DNA of 64,000 nucleotides from Escherichia coli (GTDB lineage Bacteria; Pseudomonadota; Gammaproteobacteria; Enterobacterales; Enterobacteriaceae): NCBI RefSeq assembly GCF_017348835.2, contig NZ_CP071375.1; one strand, 5' to 3'. Shown piece by piece: positions 59,852 to 64,000 of this stretch (position 1 is its first letter; each line of letters starts with the position of its first letter). The notes under the pieces were generated by a model. It saw only the letters and a program-made list of their open reading frames with translations, ran no database searches and was not told where the DNA came from. The position numbers and the translations under genes were made by a program.

Positions 59852-61081
59852 ATGTCTAATATTTGGTCAAAAGAAGAAACTCTGTGGAGTTTCGCGCTCT
59901 ACGGCACAGCCGTTGGTGCAGGCACGCTCTTCCTTCCTATTCAGTTAGGTTCGGCAGGGGCTGTGGTCCTGTTTATTACTGCTCTGGTCGCCTGGCCTTT
60001 AACATACTGGCCACATAAAGCCTTATGTCAGTTCATCCTCTCATCGAAAACATCAGCAGGTGAAGGGATAACGGGCGCAGTAACACACTACTATGGCAAG
60101 AAGATAGGTAATCTGATTACCACGCTGTACTTCATCGCCTTTTTTGTCGTCGTGTTGATATATGCAGTGGCAATTACCAACTCACTTACGGAACAGCTGG
60201 CAAAGCATATGGTTATTGATCTTCGCATCCGTATGTTGGTGAGTCTGGGTGTTGTATTAATTCTGAATCTCATTTTTCTGATGGGACGTCATGCCACTAT
60301 TCGGGTAATGGGATTTTTGGTATTCCCATTGATTGCCTATTTCTTATTTCTTTCCATTTACCTTATCGGTAGTTGGCAACCTGATCTATTAACAACCCAG
60401 GTAGAGTTCAATCAGAATACCCTTCACCAGATATGGATATCGATTCCCGTGATGGTTTTCGCCTTTAGCCATACGCCCATTATTTCTACGTTTGCCATAG
60501 ACAGACGTGAAAAATATGGCGAACACGCTATGGATAAATGCAAAAAAATTATGAAAGTCGCTTATCTCATCATCTGCATAAGTGTACTGTTCTTTGTCTT
60601 TAGCTGCCTGCTTTCTATTCCACCTTCGTATATTGAAGCGGCTAAAGAAGAAGGGGTCACCATTTTATCGGCGCTTTCTATGCTGCCGAACGCCCCAGCA
60701 TGGTTGTCAATTTCCGGGATTATTGTCGCAGTAGTTGCGATGTCGAAATCATTCCTGGGTACGTACTTTGGCGTTATTGAAGGTGCCACAGAGGTCGTCA
60801 AAACAACATTACAGCAGGTTGGTGTAGAGAAAAGTCGTGCATTTAACCGCGCACTATCAATTATGTTGGTATCGCTGATCACCTTCATTGTTTGTTGCAT
60901 TAACCCGAACGCGATTTCGATGATTTATGCGATCAGCGGCCCACTCATTGCCATGATACTTTTCATCATGCCTACGCTGTCAACGTATCTCATCCCGGCG
61001 CTTAAACCCTGGCGTTCCATCGGAAATCTGATTACGCTGATCGTGGGTATTCTGTGCGTATCGGTAATGTTCTTTAGCTAA
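59852..61081 (+). CDS. yqeG: HAAAP-family (SdaC/TdcC-like) amino-acid transporter YqeG, 409 aa
   Basis: 409-aa polytopic membrane ORF; clear paralog of SdaC in this window (shared [35 protein letters not shown] motifs); matches YqeG. Confidence 0.9.
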   Translation: MSNIWSKEETLWSFALYGTAVGAGTLFLPIQLGSAGAVVLFITALVAWPLTYWPHKALCQFILSSKTSAGEGITGAVTHYYGKKIGNLITTLYFIAFFVVVLIYAVAITNSLTEQLAKHMVIDLRIRMLVSLGVVLILNLIFLMGRHATIRVMGFLVFPLIAYFLFLSIYLIGSWQPDLLTTQVEFNQNTLHQIWISIPVMVFAFSHTPIISTFAIDRREKYGEHAMDKCKKIMKVAYLIICISVLFFVFSCLLSIPPSYIEAAKEEGVTILSALSMLPNAPAWLSISGIIVAVVAMSKSFLGTYFGVIEGATEVVKTTLQQVGVEKSRAFNRALSIMLVSLITFIVCCINPNAISMIYAISGPLIAMILFIMPTLSTYLIPALKPWRSIGNLITLIVGILCVSVMFFS

Positions 61082-61091
61082 TATCCATTGT

Positions 61092-61133
61092 GAATGGTTC
61101 AAAATTGCTACAATTTTGAACCATTCCATTTTT
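61092..61133 (+). terminator. Hairpin terminator immediately after yqeG
   Basis: Seen in sequence: perfect 15-bp inverted repeat GAATGGTTCAAAATT-gctac-AATTTTGAACCATTC followed by CATTTTT. Confidence 0.55.
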
Positions 61134-61540
61134 CATAATGTTCATTTGTTATTATTCCGCCCTATCACTTCTCTCATCATATCCTAGAATTATCAGTTAG
61201 TTAAACACACAAAGAGATCTGAACATCTTAAATAAGACTATTTAAGATGCATAACTTAGATTCGCAAGATATCTTCTGGTCATTCAAAAACAATTTGCGA
61301 TATAGATATTCTCATACCATGAGATAGTTATCCGGACCACTCTCAACCATGCAAGATTAAATCAGTGAAACATAATCATATTTAATAACGAGAAATGCAT
61401 TTTTAAATGTCTTAATCAGAATTATAGCAAATACAGATTAATCGCAATTTTTCCCAGCAACATTACAAAATCATGGTGTATTGACATCATCAATAACCAA
61501 TGAAATTATGCAATTATATACGGATAGGGAGGTTCTTAAC

Positions 61541-62173
61541 ATGGGGCTTTGTAGTCGTTATAAAAGTCTTACATGCAATAGTTGCTCAATGCATTGCCAA
61601 ATAATGCCAGAAGAGTCACCGCGTTTGCAGTATTGCGCAAACTCGTGTTTTTGTATGTGGCCCGAAGAAAGTTCATATTTTAATCGTGGTGTGGTGGAAG
61701 GTATCTTAACAAAAAACCACAATGCGAGATTAAGCGGATATATTTTTGTCGATTTTTCAGTAAGTTTTTTACGTCTATTCCTTGAAAAAGACTGGATTGA
61801 CTATCTTGCAAGTACTGACATGGGGATTGTTTTAGTCAGCGACCGCAATATGCAATCGTTAGCTAACTACTGGCGAAAGCACAACTCAGCAATATCTGCT
61901 GTCATATATAATGATGATGGTCTTGATGTTGCCAATGAAAAGATCAGACAACTATTTATTGGTCGTTATCTATCATTTACCAGAGGTAACACATTAACTC
62001 AGATGGAATTCACCATAATGGGGTATATGGTTTCTGGTTATAACCCATATCAGATTGCTGAAGTTCTGGATATGGATATCCGTAGCATCTACGCGTACAA
62101 GCAACGAATCGAAAAGAGAATGGGTGGTAAAATAAACGAGTTATTTATTCGTTCACATTCGGTCCAACATTAA
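61541..62173 (+). CDS. yqeH: LuxR/FixJ-type HTH regulator YqeH, 210 aa
   Basis: ATG 61541 preceded by GGGAGG (61527-61532); C-terminal LuxR-type HTH (LTQMEFTIMGYMVSGYNPYQIAEVLDMDIRSIYAYKQRIEKRMG); AT-rich gene; matches YqeH. Confidence 0.8.
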   Translation: MGLCSRYKSLTCNSCSMHCQIMPEESPRLQYCANSCFCMWPEESSYFNRGVVEGILTKNHNARLSGYIFVDFSVSFLRLFLEKDWIDYLASTDMGIVLVSDRNMQSLANYWRKHNSAISAVIYNDDGLDVANEKIRQLFIGRYLSFTRGNTLTQMEFTIMGYMVSGYNPYQIAEVLDMDIRSIYAYKQRIEKRMGGKINELFIRSHSVQH

Positions 62174-62506
62174 TACTCAACGATCTGCCAGAATCATACT
62201 CTGCTTATACGGGTATCTATTGGAATGCCCGTATTTTATAAATAAGCAGTAACCCCAAGAGTAAACAACATAGTATTTAAAACCATCACACGAAAAATTC
62301 AGAAGCATTACGAAATATGAATTTATCAACAATAGTGGCATAAATGTTAACCATGTTAATTTATATAAAGTTTTACGTTGCGCCATTAAAGCCTCATTTC
62401 AATCATCATGATAAATATAAAATTAATATATATTTATGCCGTAAATACCAATATACTTAGCAAACTATGTGATTTCCATTTCGATTGATTTAGTGTTTAT
62501 TGACGT

Positions 62507-63316
62507 ATGTACTGGATTATTAACGATAATATCGAGTTCTGGCCTGAGCACCGAAAATTAATATCGGTACATAACGCCGATCTTAACGTCGTTCTGACAA
62601 CGCCAGCCAGTCGTTGTTTATCCCTTCTACTTGAAGCTTTTCCTGATGTGGTTGCACAACAAGATTTTTTCACCAGAGTCTGGGAAGAAGAAGGTATGCG
62701 TGTGCCAACTAACACGTTATATCAGAACATATCCATTATCAGACGCGGATTTCGCGCTGTTGGTGATACTACCCACTCACTTATTGCAACCGTGCCGAGA
62801 AGAGGATTCAAGATCCATAATGACATTAACATACAAAATCATGTAATAAACTCGTCAACAGACGCACATACACACAATACCCCACCGGCCATAAAAGTTA
62901 ATGCGGGATACAAAGAGAGCATTGGTGGCGCAAAGAATTTCAATAACAAAATCCTCAAACATATAAAAAGTTATCTAATTATGTTGAGCGCATTTGTCAT
63001 AGGCGCATATTTTGCATATTGGCTATGGAATAATAATCAACCGAAGCCATTTTTCAAGGATTACAAGACTGTTGCGGAAATTAATGGCTGCCATTTTAAT
63101 GTAACAGAAGATACAATTGATGGGTTGAAAGAGTTCGATAAATATAAAACACGGATACTGGATTCGGGGATTAACTGTAAAAAATATCCGTGGTTATACT
63201 TCCCTCTTGCAAAATCCTCACCGGGGATGATTGTTATGGCATGCAATAAAAACTATAACCAACATGAAGTGGCAGGCTGTTTAACCCTGTCTTACCGTGA
63301 GGTTAATCGTGATTGA
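62507..63316 (+). CDS. yqeI: ToxR/CadC-like membrane-anchored transcriptional regulator YqeI, 269 aa
   Basis: 269-aa ORF; N-terminal OmpR/PhoB-type winged-helix region, one central TM segment (IKSYLIMLSAFVIGAYFAYWLW), periplasmic C-domain; AT-rich; matches YqeI. Confidence 0.8.
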   Translation: MYWIINDNIEFWPEHRKLISVHNADLNVVLTTPASRCLSLLLEAFPDVVAQQDFFTRVWEEEGMRVPTNTLYQNISIIRRGFRAVGDTTHSLIATVPRRGFKIHNDINIQNHVINSSTDAHTHNTPPAIKVNAGYKESIGGAKNFNNKILKHIKSYLIMLSAFVIGAYFAYWLWNNNQPKPFFKDYKTVAEINGCHFNVTEDTIDGLKEFDKYKTRILDSGINCKKYPWLYFPLAKSSPGMIVMACNKNYNQHEVAGCLTLSYREVNRD

Positions 63317-63791
63317 TTATAAAAAAAACTTATTATTTATTTTAGTTTTTATCAGTGGGTTTATTCTCTTCACTGTCTATTCTTACACTGCAGAAAAAAT
63401 GATATATAATGAGACATGCACTGCAAATTGGGTAATTTTTAATGACCAGGGGCGAGCAAATCTTACTATCGACTTTATGTATAACCAAAAAAATAAAACA
63501 GGAACTGTTGCGTTGAGTGGAACCTGGCAACAAGGTAACAGAGAAAGTAAATCAATACGGCGAAATATTGAATACACATGGGTTGAAAACTATGACACAG
63601 CCCATTTAACATCAAAGAAAGTTAATAAGTTTGAGATTATGGATCAAGTCGATGATGATAGACTTGCAGAACTTATTCCTGATTTTTATGTCTTTCCAGA
63701 AAAAAGTGTAAGCTATAATATACTAAAGCAAGGTAAGCATGCTTTTATTTTGAGTATTGGTAACAGAGCAATAATGCATTGTGCAAGGTAA
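63309..63791 (+). CDS. yqeJ: Small single-pass membrane protein YqeJ (ToxS/FidL-like partner of YqeI), about 160 aa, GTG start
   Basis: ORF overlapping the yqeI 3' end by 8 bp; N-terminal TM segment (LLFILVFISGFILFTVYSY) then a soluble domain; matches YqeJ. The alternative GTG at 63297 gives 164 aa. Confidence 0.75.
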   Translation: MIDYKKNLLFILVFISGFILFTVYSYTAEKMIYNETCTANWVIFNDQGRANLTIDFMYNQKNKTGTVALSGTWQQGNRESKSIRRNIEYTWVENYDTAHLTSKKVNKFEIMDQVDDDRLAELIPDFYVFPEKSVSYNILKQGKHAFILSIGNRAIMHCAR

Positions 63792-64000
63792 ACTAAAATA
63801 GATAACAAAAAGATGGAACCTCGTTAATCATAAAACAATAAAATTAAATATGCTTGCAGTATATGGCAGTCTAAAGTATCAAAGTTTTGATCAACATCTT
63901 TCATTTCAGACATCCCCTTGCAATGTAAAATATCATGTATCAACAACATCTGGTGCAAATCCATGAGTCGAACTCTACATTCATCTTAGCTCGATTATTA

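Noticed and set aside
63792-64000. Further genes after yqeJ at the window end
   Set aside because: No ORF of at least 60 aa is present in the track for this 209-bp AT-rich tail; any gene here would be truncated by the window edge and cannot be supported.

Overview
This window is an Escherichia coli K-12-like chromosomal segment (about 64 min region), read in reference orientation from the 3' end of queF to yqeJ. I recognise almost every ORF by sequence: queF(partial)-ppnN-sdaCB-xni, the complete fucose regulon (fucAO divergent from fucPIKUR), rlmM-ygdD-gcvA with the divergent sRNA gcvB, ygdI, csdAE, tcdA, mltA, a tandem of three initiator tRNA-fMet genes, amiC, argA, the recD-recB-ptrA-recC cluster, the prepilin-like ppdA-ppdB-ygdB-ppdC operon, thyA-lgt-ptsP-rppH, a DnaA-box cluster (DARS2-like) before mutH, ygdQ, ygdR, tas, lplT-aas, one Omr sRNA, galR, lysA/lysR, ygeA, araE, kduD-kduI, yqeF, yqeG and the AT-rich yqeH-yqeI-yqeJ block. 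It is overwhelmingly core genome; I found no CRISPR array, IS element, prophage or obvious defence island, and no undescribed multi-gene system. The points most worth a second look are: (1) an in-frame amber codon that splits ppdA; (2) only one Omr sRNA where the K-12 reference has tandem omrA-omrB; (3) the AT-rich, horizontally acquired-looking yqeHIJ block with a ToxR/ToxS-like overlapping gene pair; (4) the DnaA-box cluster between rppH and mutH; (5) several operator-like repeat architectures (fuc, araE, kduI, lysA/lysR). All gene calls rest on the supplied ORF track plus my recollection of E. coli protein sequences and lengths; no database search was run.
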